From: a virus | Taxonomy: Duplodnaviria; Caudoviricetes | DNA: 26,642 nt | Direction: 5' to 3' (one strand) | IMG/VR virus record: IMGVR_UViG_3300030372_004520 | Span: 1 to 26,642 of that record | In this document: in pieces, positions 19,301 through 25,590 of the stretch | Numbering within the stretch: position 1 is the first letter of the stretch | How the letters are laid out: each line of letters starts with the position of its first letter | Notes under the pieces: model-generated | What the model saw: only the letters and a program-made list of their open reading frames with translations | What the model was told of the DNA's origin: nothing | Databases searched by the model: none | Position numbers and translations under genes: made by a program

Positions 19301-19546
19301 ATAGGGTTTACCTGATGGATCTAATCTACCTAAATCTTTAGCTTTTTTGGTAGACGCTTTTTCTACTTTTTGAATGTGTCTTAATTTCATTGACTCACCA
19401 GCAGTTGTCTCATGAGCGCCAAAGAATGCACCTAGAAGATACGAATATATTATCTCAGGAGTTGTTTCCCCTCTCATTGTAGAGGATAATCCTTCATAGA
19501 GAGATGAAGCTCCAGCTCTTATTAATTGATCTTCCTTTTGTGTCAT
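10310..19546 (-). CDS. Giant two-barrel (double-psi beta-barrel) RNA polymerase, probably virion-packaged
   Basis: LRVPMDS...VLHPRAMKALGGADLDGDK (DLDGD at 15821-15835, aa 1238-1242). First-barrel-like motifs STDGAV, LLGKFMF, MPESGAK. Inserted HExxH domain. C-terminal helical region (TQFLYS..RP..GKVMTRFQTW) resembles ejected internal virion proteins. Located in the virion gene block. Confidence 0.85.
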   Translation of the reverse strand: MTQKEDQLIRAGASSLYEGLSSTMRGETTPEIIYSYLLGAFFGAHETTAGESMKLRHIQKVEKASTKKAKDLGRLDPSGKPYQWDTTVFNPEVIEGWDTLPKDVQDAVYKDIALRHGNYGAQAVMAGETIEGVKDAIATDIVISNETGIVKQAQLADFSKKHERFVEVKKVNADDLANQDDVILLPDHVKGFNTDKAIEGNIAKLPLKGMTDEYLNQNREQIREVLEKVPDERKIVVSEDMINELRDSAPETAKYLVNKLGKIASGMEKAEIEMAKRTDNTEKDNETTKVDDTDFESSQVEIDKQARSIVKKYFKAADNITTAELSKFQKESTDKIIDVLNNHTSLDTYEKYIKDVNKAFPEQADFSPEGQKELRQLLIRRAMQRPAPYIDVSVVYDKDSKQYTQPQVVELREMNEKNQAGEIKSVGDSPKAFELAYERVTGEGYNPANRAMLILDEIIHSGGKDSKYWKTVPIDKINDVKSFYGVSNYRNKRLMGGNRSFGRELMKDVLGDLHSKGYYYNGGKGDSAKMYFFKYHPDVVKLDKVGVTREKDRYLNILSKLDPNAKKHYLEMKQEFNSKFNLKLDKLAKDLYFDRAFISNIKWDKVMYGINESVLGKKGFADWLMRNTQIKDAKGFNKRNQIWLTDGFSLDTKFFKKQYAGPTKFKGDKAKFRIFRDTDTKNLTINDRATLYMESTDGAVLAEASFVDALNEAYGLPSSGQNKSFLVDSDPTHGALLGKFMFHKASPEASAWMRKEGIHFLMPESGAKEYGSRAVGALTVDKDGKATFGTGLPDIKVKKVKGITSAYGGRMVGARTDYKNKQILIDEDKIKQDFNKKAWLNPKMKGVDPLPDGVIETPKDLVDFYILHERAHFTKENQNTPKGAERENHANKLAMNALQIKKNKGDLELNLEGIKGSLSEKQSDHMLEPQLIAKQAMSNLHPHASSRIAPETINKFFDEVVTDRYKGDPLFNEQFKIALEKPVGQLSDIEQQRFIDNLDKVGLSEVIDGLKSNHFGFVTKLYQKILRSNLSNLTTEFESGMINSVDYTAAVADAKHINSSLSRMIEIYPDRTVFLHKDVRNYVQSAMRNFVVSKVVRPKWNASMSARMRGLDPWLAKQDNLAIMDLPADKLTKKMKKEYGIENPDELIFLDERYKKVRFDVKDVGITHTKKYITLEELDTPEYRKLPAVKEFFKTISLRVPMDSISGAHRLVFAGFTGVDGHGAVLHPRAMKALGGADLDGDKVSIMFGMKKEFRDMYHLNKKEFMEGDVVKDNKEAKINAAGIKILKETLDPSNPHDKFILDLIKNKKGVTWQDLFTTTTEGDAAELARKTSIVGRFTPGSRLNISQEADAGRKQLGPAIVSKQTLNAAYNALLPSNNNIERYINKKTGRTISKSLFHKKSKAEKANYKPDRRHGIAFDHNGKTKWVYVIPRTSASELKNSRELSRAQIAFGSDPLDEISLTGVEHFYNNAFNSLFKVDWNGNEAAKSSFNPYWNVRQQGVFKIFGDLNSAYFGKNHTEGRRWQSHEIKNMGSGVLWLNEKQRSSMLPRMAEVIQPLDYADDIMRTVDRTALENRYNTFNSDIAVRLKALNDNYKAPGGLLGRPSFVSRDNPIIYKVMDKRLWEADERIRLADESFTNEYIEFFRDLKGARWGTKSALREHLARSFPRHQDYKDFWKSTQELDEAASKAPSYRLRSVTDAYRQGTDFAQSNAMDRVSAIQLLKGIDMARKSGTKDDFIYKMAKAVQNIKDQEMYMKGKALERFLQTEVDRIAKDKNEAVKLNQQIRKVFQKDQEFMPFNRQQKINERIAEFKLNNKIKGTKKKGAKLSPEESYLFDTMMLSTYFKGRRLTEIEAFKNLDGRLKKLIYPQIREMQRANSGTYFYKTGLNSAWVNDAAIGDFFRTYAKEFDEVTTGNLKDFDTKQAVEKQTKTKELREIAPDDPLEDDVSGILEARQRSKEAKESGYALSNAEREMVDELIGHVKYYHNSMKSVDNLNLLARKLRQKNFDAFTVEDYRVMNRFFRDMRSGNIFTTPKGLTKDNILKLGKRHWMLFPKSVSDEMMVKDFKIFEEMGHFQNYKGEWVAGKVGSPTQIIENIQYYLGKTEALSVQLNQDEKLALEKELREVTGYESLPDGIGHHIAGVTNAERSLRAFKSKNIEKNSGEYHHKLKNYQDKLAEAKEAANWDKIKEEKFSVKIYAEDASKPSTITRTGRQIKDTINDVLTERAKTTFSWIRGKNWYWDEPTQSYVKNTEMADPLDQFIVRAKGSKKKLYWGNNKDLPKIDAKAFTKYIETAMKEGTVLDLGLGLDNLRKVQRSITLDKFMAEKALTKDPTKREMYDDLIEMYQKQGMDYTNYFKPTDYHPQFIENKSIAKQAVIEQIERIKKIPDNVMDRQTKEREVAKQINKYRNMTGDWIISDITDSQIELGALREIAEKRKGDHFRWLEQDPIAGNMMSRSSDLPGWSTDIGNWDIYQKNLIDTFYRQIGQIMSKRAITDFTKESAKWNDEGQAFAWNNYVQDYTTRALGFPSKIPQEWMEGPGAELMKVKGTPYSWFADNHVLKMVKRIRKSLGFKEDTRLPEELGLTEQDLRHWSNLEAKYQMATLLAHPKSAVANIFGGTIHTIQSAGWRNWKDGRNVEFWRTNIAGEASKWESKKDIDRWVIKHGVVPDFIIHEAGLNPNFKGGKWKLFLDDAKKVLEKDPAVKDETLLSIAKKHKITETAFQKAAWFMREPERMLRRDAFAAHYLQAREKFGHANMPLDHPMLIEMAKKGVKATQFLYSAPYRPAFSSSALGKVMTRFQTWAWNSVRFRNDTYKQAKLYGFRRGTPEFERFKRQYLTDMFVFGLGNVFAYSLFESAMPAPWNWFQDTADWVFGDEKERDRAFFGQWPTALAPLQMVTPPGLRLVPATFNAFVNDDYSRLSNYHMWTMFPFGRMARDVKGVLENPAMTIEKATGIPYLKLSEEIKGRRIGAIDPLGKRETKKLAKQYPWMQRAVDNPLRTSKNESVRTAVEKHPEHGWIVFPTIRLDGDKLKEYSLKQAMDIALKNKDFIKVESLQEGNRISQGFSKRLTLNEKGE

Positions 19547-19547
19547 A

Positions 19548-20288
19548 TCAAGTATTATTACCAGTTCTTGGGTCTAATGTAGGTATCCCTCCTCTATTAA
19601 CTAGATTTGCTATACCTCTAAATACACCACCTGTTACTGCTCCGTGCATACCAGACTTAAGCATTTCATTTACACCAAATTGCCATGCACCTACTGAAGA
19701 TGCTATACCAAGATTAAATGCTCCTTCTGCAGTATGTTTAGCTACATCACCTGTTAAGAATTTAGCTGCATCAGCAAATGAGCTATTTTTAGCAGTAGCT
19801 GCTTTTTCAAGAGTTTTAGATACTATTGGGGCCACTGTGTTAGTTGCTTTTTTAGCTACCCATAAAGGTACAGAATTACCTCTTAATTTTTGAGCTGCTT
19901 GAGCAAGACCTGCTGCTCCCATTAATTTAAATGGAGTAGACGGAACGAACCCTACAAAACCAGCAAGTTCACCAACTGAACGCATAATTCTTTCATATTC
20001 GTTTTCTGAAGGTTCACCTACTTGAAATGTTGTAAATCCAGATATAAATCCTTCACCAACACCTTTAACACCTCTTAATAGGTCAAATTTAGCATCTTCT
20101 GGACTTCTTTCTGGTTCTTTAGGGGCTTCTAATTGAAAATGAGCAGCGTGGTCTTTCATTTGATTGACCAGTGCTTCATTATATAACCAAGGCTTCTGTT
20201 GATAAGCCATGATCATTCTTTGGGTCATATCTTTTGAATAAAATGGCCTAAACTCAGCCAGACGGTTGAGTTGATCGTATTCCGACAT
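19548..20288 (-). CDS. Gly/Ala-rich internal virion/ejection-type protein, possibly the true N-terminus of the RNAP
   Basis: GGAG RBS, Gly/Ala amphipathic helices, and a TGA-T-ATG junction with the RNAP ORF. Confidence 0.65.
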   Translation of the reverse strand: MSEYDQLNRLAEFRPFYSKDMTQRMIMAYQQKPWLYNEALVNQMKDHAAHFQLEAPKEPERSPEDAKFDLLRGVKGVGEGFISGFTTFQVGEPSENEYERIMRSVGELAGFVGFVPSTPFKLMGAAGLAQAAQKLRGNSVPLWVAKKATNTVAPIVSKTLEKAATAKNSSFADAAKFLTGDVAKHTAEGAFNLGIASSVGAWQFGVNEMLKSGMHGAVTGGVFRGIANLVNRGGIPTLDPRTGNNT

Positions 20289-20307
20289 TTATACTCCGTT
20301 TTTCTGT

Positions 20308-21618
20308 TTACTGATTATATGGATCGTAAGGATCAGTAAAACCAGATTCTAACTCTTCTCTACTTTGTATTCTGCTTCTAAATGGTTGGCTACCAGCAAA
20401 ACCTAATGCTGCAGCAGAAGTTAGACCTTTCCATTTATCTAAGTCTTGTAATTGCATTTTAGGGAATTGTGCTCCTTTTACTATCCCCTCTGCTCCTAAT
20501 TTTAGCATATCTGGAGCTGCATCTATCATTTTAGTGTGACCTTTACCTTGTAAAAATGTTGTTAACTTTTCAGCATCAGCTCTTGTTATTCTTACTCCAG
20601 CCTTGTTTGCTGTTTTTACTACATTATCTACAGTTAAATTGGCTCCACCATGTCTACCTCCAGTAAATATTTTATCTACTATTAGTTGGTATTGATTAGG
20701 TTTAATACTTCCTATTACTGTTCCTCCAGTTTGATTTGCAGTATTTAACTGTCTCATCATTTCTTTACCAGTATTAGTTAAGCCACCTTTAGGTTTGCTA
20801 TATTTTGTAGTAATTTGTTTTGCTAGATTATTTATTTGTCCAGAACTTAAAGTTTGTCCTGAAACTATATCTTCAATTGAACCTCCAGCTTTAATATTTT
20901 CCTCTGCTTTAGAGAATAATTTTTTACCTACTTCTGTTTGTCTTTTTCCTAATATTCCTTTTGCCCAGGAACTTCCTCTACCTGCCATATATGGTAACGC
21001 AGTATCTGTAATACCTTCAACACCAGCAGTAGTCATTCTACCTAACGGTGTTTTACCTGCTACAGAACCAACTCCTCTAGCTAATGAAGCTAATCCTTCG
21101 GCTCCTACGCCTCCTAATCCTCTAGCTGCTGCTCCTATTTTGCCCATACCTTGAGCTGCTGCAACGCCGCCCCTTAAAGCAGTTCCTGCTGCTGTTAAGC
21201 CTTTACCTGTTGCAAGTAAACTTGAACCTCCAGTAACTGGGGCAGCTAATATACCTCCTATAATTTGTGCTCCTGCACCTCCAATTTTACCATAATTAGC
21301 AGCTTTTCTTGTAGCTTCTGAAGAATACCAATCATCTGGTATTAAATCAAATGCTACAGAGTCTAATACACCACCTTGAAATGCTCCTACATGCTTATAC
21401 CAAGCTGCATCTGGAACTTTTCTTTTAAATGGAATTTGATATTGCATAGCTAATTGTTCTAATTGACTAAGCATAGATGATGAAAATGAGTCTGGGTTTC
21501 TTTCATATTGTCTTATATAAGCTGTAACTCTTTTTCTTTCGTTTTTTAAAGCTTTAGCTTGAGGGTCTTCAGTTGTTTGACCTCCAGGATGAAAAGCCAT
21601 TTGACTAGTTAATGCCAT
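20308..21618 (-). CDS. Gly/Ala-rich putative ejection (internal virion) protein
   Basis: GGAGAQIIGGILAAPVTGGSSLLA glycine-zipper-like hydrophobic segment. N-terminus resembles the 19548-20288 protein. Confidence 0.65.
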   Translation of the reverse strand: MALTSQMAFHPGGQTTEDPQAKALKNERKRVTAYIRQYERNPDSFSSSMLSQLEQLAMQYQIPFKRKVPDAAWYKHVGAFQGGVLDSVAFDLIPDDWYSSEATRKAANYGKIGGAGAQIIGGILAAPVTGGSSLLATGKGLTAAGTALRGGVAAAQGMGKIGAAARGLGGVGAEGLASLARGVGSVAGKTPLGRMTTAGVEGITDTALPYMAGRGSSWAKGILGKRQTEVGKKLFSKAEENIKAGGSIEDIVSGQTLSSGQINNLAKQITTKYSKPKGGLTNTGKEMMRQLNTANQTGGTVIGSIKPNQYQLIVDKIFTGGRHGGANLTVDNVVKTANKAGVRITRADAEKLTTFLQGKGHTKMIDAAPDMLKLGAEGIVKGAQFPKMQLQDLDKWKGLTSAAALGFAGSQPFRSRIQSREELESGFTDPYDPYNQ

Positions 21619-22674
21619 TTAGTAACCATACCCTTCCCAATCATCAAATGTTGATAAATTTACCCATTTATCATTTACTAATATTTGAGCAACGCCATCT
21701 TGAATTCTACCTTCCCAAGATTCATTACCCCAGAAATCATTTTCTTCTATATGAAAACTATCACCTTCTTGTGTAACCCATATAGTATCTGAAGCATCAA
21801 AACTATCATCATAATTTTTAGAGTCTTTTATAGCTTCAAGAAGTATATTAGCGTTACCTTTTTGTGTATCACTAGGAGCACTTGGACCCATAAATTCTAT
21901 ACCACCGCCCCATCCATCTTTATCATTGTAAACTGTTTTATGTTTTTTTTCTCCGTAACCTGATATACTAAACAAATCTTCATCATCACCATCTGGTTCT
22001 CCAGAAACCATATGTTCTCCAAAACTTTGAGAGCCTCTTGGGTTTCCAGCATCTATTAAGAACTTGTCATACCAGTTAGCAAATTCACTATTATCTTTAA
22101 AGAATTTATTGATCTCTTCTTCTGTCATTCCTACAAACTGTTTTCTAACACCTAAAAATCCAGTTTTATATTTATCTGTTAAAGCAGTTTGGGCTCTTAC
22201 AGCATCTTCAGGTGTCATATCAGGATTAGCAGACATAATAGCTTCTAAACTTGTTATAGTATCGTAATTTCTAACTATATCCTCAAATTCTGGATTAACG
22301 AGCAGTGTTCCATCTGAATCAATAATAAGAGATTGTTCTGTACTAGCCATTTGATTCCTGATATATTCATCAGCAGCTTGTGAGCTATCCCACGCAGATT
22401 GGTCTTCTTCTAAATCAAGTGTATTCTGAGCTATTATAGGATCTTGATATTCTTGAAGTTCTTCAAATTTATCTCTATCTAAATCATAACGCCTATTTTC
22501 TTCTCTAACCTTTTGAATAAATTGTCTATCTTGCTCAAGTTTATTCTGGTCAAAGGTATCTTGCCATTGCCTTTTTTGTTCTCTAAAATTAAAACCATCT
22601 TTTACAGTTTGAACAGCATTGGCCATACCTTGAGAAAGTATTTTGTGGCCCTCATATGTACCAAAATTAGCCAT
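21619..22674 (-). CDS. Acidic hypothetical protein, putative internal virion protein
   Basis: 351 aa with Q/E/R coiled coil near the N-terminus and very acidic C-terminal half. Translationally coupled on both sides. Confidence 0.6.
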   Translation of the reverse strand: MANFGTYEGHKILSQGMANAVQTVKDGFNFREQKRQWQDTFDQNKLEQDRQFIQKVREENRRYDLDRDKFEELQEYQDPIIAQNTLDLEEDQSAWDSSQAADEYIRNQMASTEQSLIIDSDGTLLVNPEFEDIVRNYDTITSLEAIMSANPDMTPEDAVRAQTALTDKYKTGFLGVRKQFVGMTEEEINKFFKDNSEFANWYDKFLIDAGNPRGSQSFGEHMVSGEPDGDDEDLFSISGYGEKKHKTVYNDKDGWGGGIEFMGPSAPSDTQKGNANILLEAIKDSKNYDDSFDASDTIWVTQEGDSFHIEENDFWGNESWEGRIQDGVAQILVNDKWVNLSTFDDWEGYGY

Positions 22675-23414
22675 TATTTTCTAGCCCAAGGAAGATGTTT
22701 TTGTGCGTATGCTTTAGCTTCTTTTTTAACGTTTTCTTTCATTTGATCCATTTTTGATACTTCTTCAGGATTATCTAAAGAAACTGTTTTATCATTGTTT
22801 CCATAGTATTCATCAGCAGTTTGGCTTTCAAGACCTCTTCTGTGACCCCAAGGTAGATACCCTCCGAATACTTTTTTATCTAAATTAGTGTATCCTTGTT
22901 TTAATAAACCACCAAGACCTAGTTTAGAATTTGCTACTCTATCATCTAAAGCTTGTTTATTGAAGTCGTATTTTAATACTTCTTTTTCATCAGATTTATC
23001 CATTCCACCAACAGCAAGTCTCCATGCTTTTTCTGTCATGGGACCAAATATACCATCTTGATCAACGCCTAAATAGCCTTGTAATTCTTTTATAGATTCT
23101 GTATCTTCAAAATCTATACCCTCTGGGCCTCTAAATTTTCTAAGATTAGCATAAGGATCAGCTGGTGTCATATCAGATCCATCTGCTAATGTATTGTTTA
23201 CCATAGCTTCATATGCTCTACCACCTGGGTTATTTGTAAAAACATTATTAACCCTAGCATTTTCAGTTCTGCTTAGTCCATCTTCTTCGTTATTTTTTAC
23301 TATTTGTAATATATCAGGATCATTTAATAATGTGTTATTATCTATAGCATTTTGAGTTCTGCTACCTTCTCTTGAAAATATATTATTAAGTCTTGCTTCG
23401 TCTGTTCTGCTCAT
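22674..23414 (-). CDS. Protein with a peptidoglycan-binding (PG_binding_1-like) domain
   Basis: IKELQGYLGVDQDGIFGPMTEKAWR (about 23018-23093). GGAG RBS. Confidence 0.75.
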   Translation of the reverse strand: MSRTDEARLNNIFSREGSRTQNAIDNNTLLNDPDILQIVKNNEEDGLSRTENARVNNVFTNNPGGRAYEAMVNNTLADGSDMTPADPYANLRKFRGPEGIDFEDTESIKELQGYLGVDQDGIFGPMTEKAWRLAVGGMDKSDEKEVLKYDFNKQALDDRVANSKLGLGGLLKQGYTNLDKKVFGGYLPWGHRRGLESQTADEYYGNNDKTVSLDNPEEVSKMDQMKENVKKEAKAYAQKHLPWARK

Positions 23415-23422
23415 TTGTTCTC

Positions 23423-24172
23423 CTATCTTGCGAACGGGTTGGAATATTCAGCCATTTTTATATTATTAGCGAAATTCATAAGTCTCTCATTTCTACTGGC
23501 CTTTGCAGCAGCTTTAGGGTCTGCAGCTTCTGCTCCAGATGTGGCATCTTCAATTTGAGTATTGGAGTCCTGTATTGTATCTGTTGCAGATTGGTCAATA
23601 GAGTTATTAGCATCTTGTGCTGTGTTATTAGTTAAATTTTCATTACTTGCGGCAATTGAAAGCATAGAGTCTTCAGATTGATCGCCTGTTCCACTTTTAT
23701 CGCTTAAATAAGTGTTCCAAGCTCCCATAGTTTCATTACCCCATCCTCCATCAGCTCCAAATTCAGGTAAATCATATCCTGCATTCATTAAATCTTTTTG
23801 GAACGACATTAAATTTTCTTTTCCTAGTGTACTAGGGTCAAAACCTTCTCCTATATTATCTAAACCAGTATAGGTAGATGATTCTACTATTTCGTCCTCA
23901 GCTTCTTCTTGGTCATTTTGAACAGCTGTAACTAGATTTCCTTGATTTGCTTTATTATGATCTACTACATAATTACCATATCCTGCAGATGCATTGGCGT
24001 TAAAATTATTTATGTCAAAATTTTGCTGTGGATTATTGTTATTCATATTAGGATGTAAAGTATCATTAAAGCCTGTAAGATCAGGATTCGGTATGTTTAA
24101 TTGTGGTGGATTATTGTTTAGATATTGTTGTAATATATTTCCACTTGAAACTCCTGAATTTAGAATACTCAT
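23423..24172 (-). CDS. Asn-rich low-complexity protein with a peptidoglycan-binding (PG_binding_1-like) domain
   Basis: FQKDLMNAGYDLPEFGADGGWGNETMGAW (about 23708-23812), flanked by N/Q/D-rich sequence. Confidence 0.72.
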   Translation of the reverse strand: MSILNSGVSSGNILQQYLNNNPPQLNIPNPDLTGFNDTLHPNMNNNNPQQNFDINNFNANASAGYGNYVVDHNKANQGNLVTAVQNDQEEAEDEIVESSTYTGLDNIGEGFDPSTLGKENLMSFQKDLMNAGYDLPEFGADGGWGNETMGAWNTYLSDKSGTGDQSEDSMLSIAASNENLTNNTAQDANNSIDQSATDTIQDSNTQIEDATSGAEAADPKAAAKASRNERLMNFANNIKMAEYSNPFAR

Positions 24173-24173
24173 A

Positions 24174-24869
24174 CTACCCTTTATTAAATAATTGATTCAT
24201 ATCTACATATAATAGGCCATTTTTACCCTTAGAGACAGCTTTTGGCATAACTTTTTGAATGTCTTGAGCCATTACATTAGTTTTTTTACCTTTTCTGCCT
24301 TTATAATTAAAATTATATATTGGAACTTTCTTTCCGTTTTTAATTTTAACATTACCTATTTTTTTAATATTTTCTTTCATACTCTTATCACACATAGCAA
24401 GCATAGCGGCACCTTGTACAGCCATTCCAGCCATAGCAGAATTATAATTGTTTTCAGCAGTTATATTTTGACCATAAGCTGAAACACTAGCATCTCTTGC
24501 TGCCATATCATTACTTGCTGCTGTACCTAAGAGGTTATTAGAAGCACTTAAATTATTATTTAACATGCCTTGGAATTGATTTTGAATATTTCCTGCAGTC
24601 TTTGCTGAAGCATCAGCTGCCATTGCATTTTGTATACCAGATTGACCACCCATACCAGAAGCTTCCATATTCATTCTATTTAGCCTGTTTTGAGTATAAA
24701 GATTATTTTGACCCTCTTGTCTTAATGTATTATACATTCCTTGCATTAATGAACTATTAGGGTCTATCATTTGTTGAGCTCTGTCACCCATTTGTTGGGT
24801 GTAATCAGAGTTCATCATATCATAAACTTTATTTGGATCTATCTTTTTAGGTTTGGAGAACCAACCCAT
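24174..24869 (-). CDS. Pilot/ejection-type protein with C-terminal peptidase S74-like (intramolecular chaperone) domain
   Basis: Q/N/M/A-rich helical body, then CDKSMKENIKKIG..IYNFNYK..VMAQDIQKVMPKAV..GLLYVD, matching the S74 SD-x-R-L-K-x-NI...GxxAQ-E/D pattern. Confidence 0.75.
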   Translation of the reverse strand: MGWFSKPKKIDPNKVYDMMNSDYTQQMGDRAQQMIDPNSSLMQGMYNTLRQEGQNNLYTQNRLNRMNMEASGMGGQSGIQNAMAADASAKTAGNIQNQFQGMLNNNLSASNNLLGTAASNDMAARDASVSAYGQNITAENNYNSAMAGMAVQGAAMLAMCDKSMKENIKKIGNVKIKNGKKVPIYNFNYKGRKGKKTNVMAQDIQKVMPKAVSKGKNGLLYVDMNQLFNKG

Positions 24870-24945
24870 ATTAATACCCCCTAGTACTAATTTTAGCTTG
24901 TATTAAGCCATTATAATATAAGTAATTAATATTAAAGAAACCAAA

Positions 24946-25113
24946 TTATTTTTTAGCTTTTTTAGATTCTTTTTCCTTTGAATCCATAAGAGGCTCTAAA
25001 CTTTGTAATGCCTCTATAGCTCCTTGTAATTTAAAAAACATAGTTTCAGTGTTCTTTTTTTGCTCTTCAAGAGCTTTTATTTGTTCTTTAATAGTTTGTT
25101 TATTGTCCGCCAT
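24946..25113 (-). CDS. Small coiled-coil protein (55 aa), not in the ORF track
   Basis: GGAG RBS, ATG at 25113, TAA at 24946-24948. MADNKQTIKEQIKALEEQKKNTETMFFKLQGAIEALQSLEPLMDSKEKESKKAKK. Confidence 0.75.
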   Translation of the reverse strand: MADNKQTIKEQIKALEEQKKNTETMFFKLQGAIEALQSLEPLMDSKEKESKKAKK

Positions 25114-25122
25114 CTTTACTCC

Positions 25123-25590
25123 TTATAAATGGTTATTTTTATTGTTCATTATAGAATCTAAACTGCTATTATACTGGGCAACTATATCCGCATCAGAATA
25201 AGCTGTAGCTCCTAGTTTCCAATTAAAAGATTCTATAGTATCATCAAAGTCACTTTCTGTAGAATACAAAAAACACTTACGATTATACACTATAATATAC
25301 TTACTGTTTACTGTATTTTTAAAGTTAAAAACACAATTTGTTGCTCTAATCTTACCCCTTAATCCACTTTCTTTAATGGCATTTATGCCTAAGGTCGTAT
25401 CATTAGGATTAGTTGATATATCTGAATAGTAAGTGTAACTACCTATCAGATCTCCTGCATTATGAGCACTAACTAATGTATCAATAAGGCTACCTGAGGC
25501 AGTTATAATATCTGAATTTGTAATCTTTTGCTCCGTTTCATCTGTATAGTTATCAACTAAATTATATATTTTTTCTGATAAACTAGGCAT
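25123..25590 (-). CDS. Hypothetical protein (structural region)
   Basis: 155-aa ORF, TAATG-coupled to the upstream gene, with GGAGG nearby. Confidence 0.7.
   Translation of the reverse strand: MPSLSEKIYNLVDNYTDETEQKITNSDIITASGSLIDTLVSAHNAGDLIGSYTYYSDISTNPNDTTLGINAIKESGLRGKIRATNCVFNFKNTVNSKYIIVYNRKCFLYSTESDFDDTIESFNWKLGATAYSDADIVAQYNSSLDSIMNNKNNHL

Noticed and set aside
11522-24482. Short ORFs inside the virion block (+ strand 11522, 11942, 12272, 15531, 18567, 19504, 20795, 22064, 22513, 23393, 23994, 24255; - strand 15211)
   Set aside because: Shadow or alternate-frame ORFs within long coding genes, with no RBS or domain support.
24843-24869. MGWFSK N-terminus resembling a myristoylation signal
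   Set aside because: The context is a bacteriophage with SD-led genes, and such N-termini are plausible for phage pilot proteins without lipidation.
24870-24945. TATAAT-like -10 box on the minus strand upstream of the pilot-like gene
   Set aside because: The region is very AT-rich and has no convincing -35, so it cannot be distinguished from chance.
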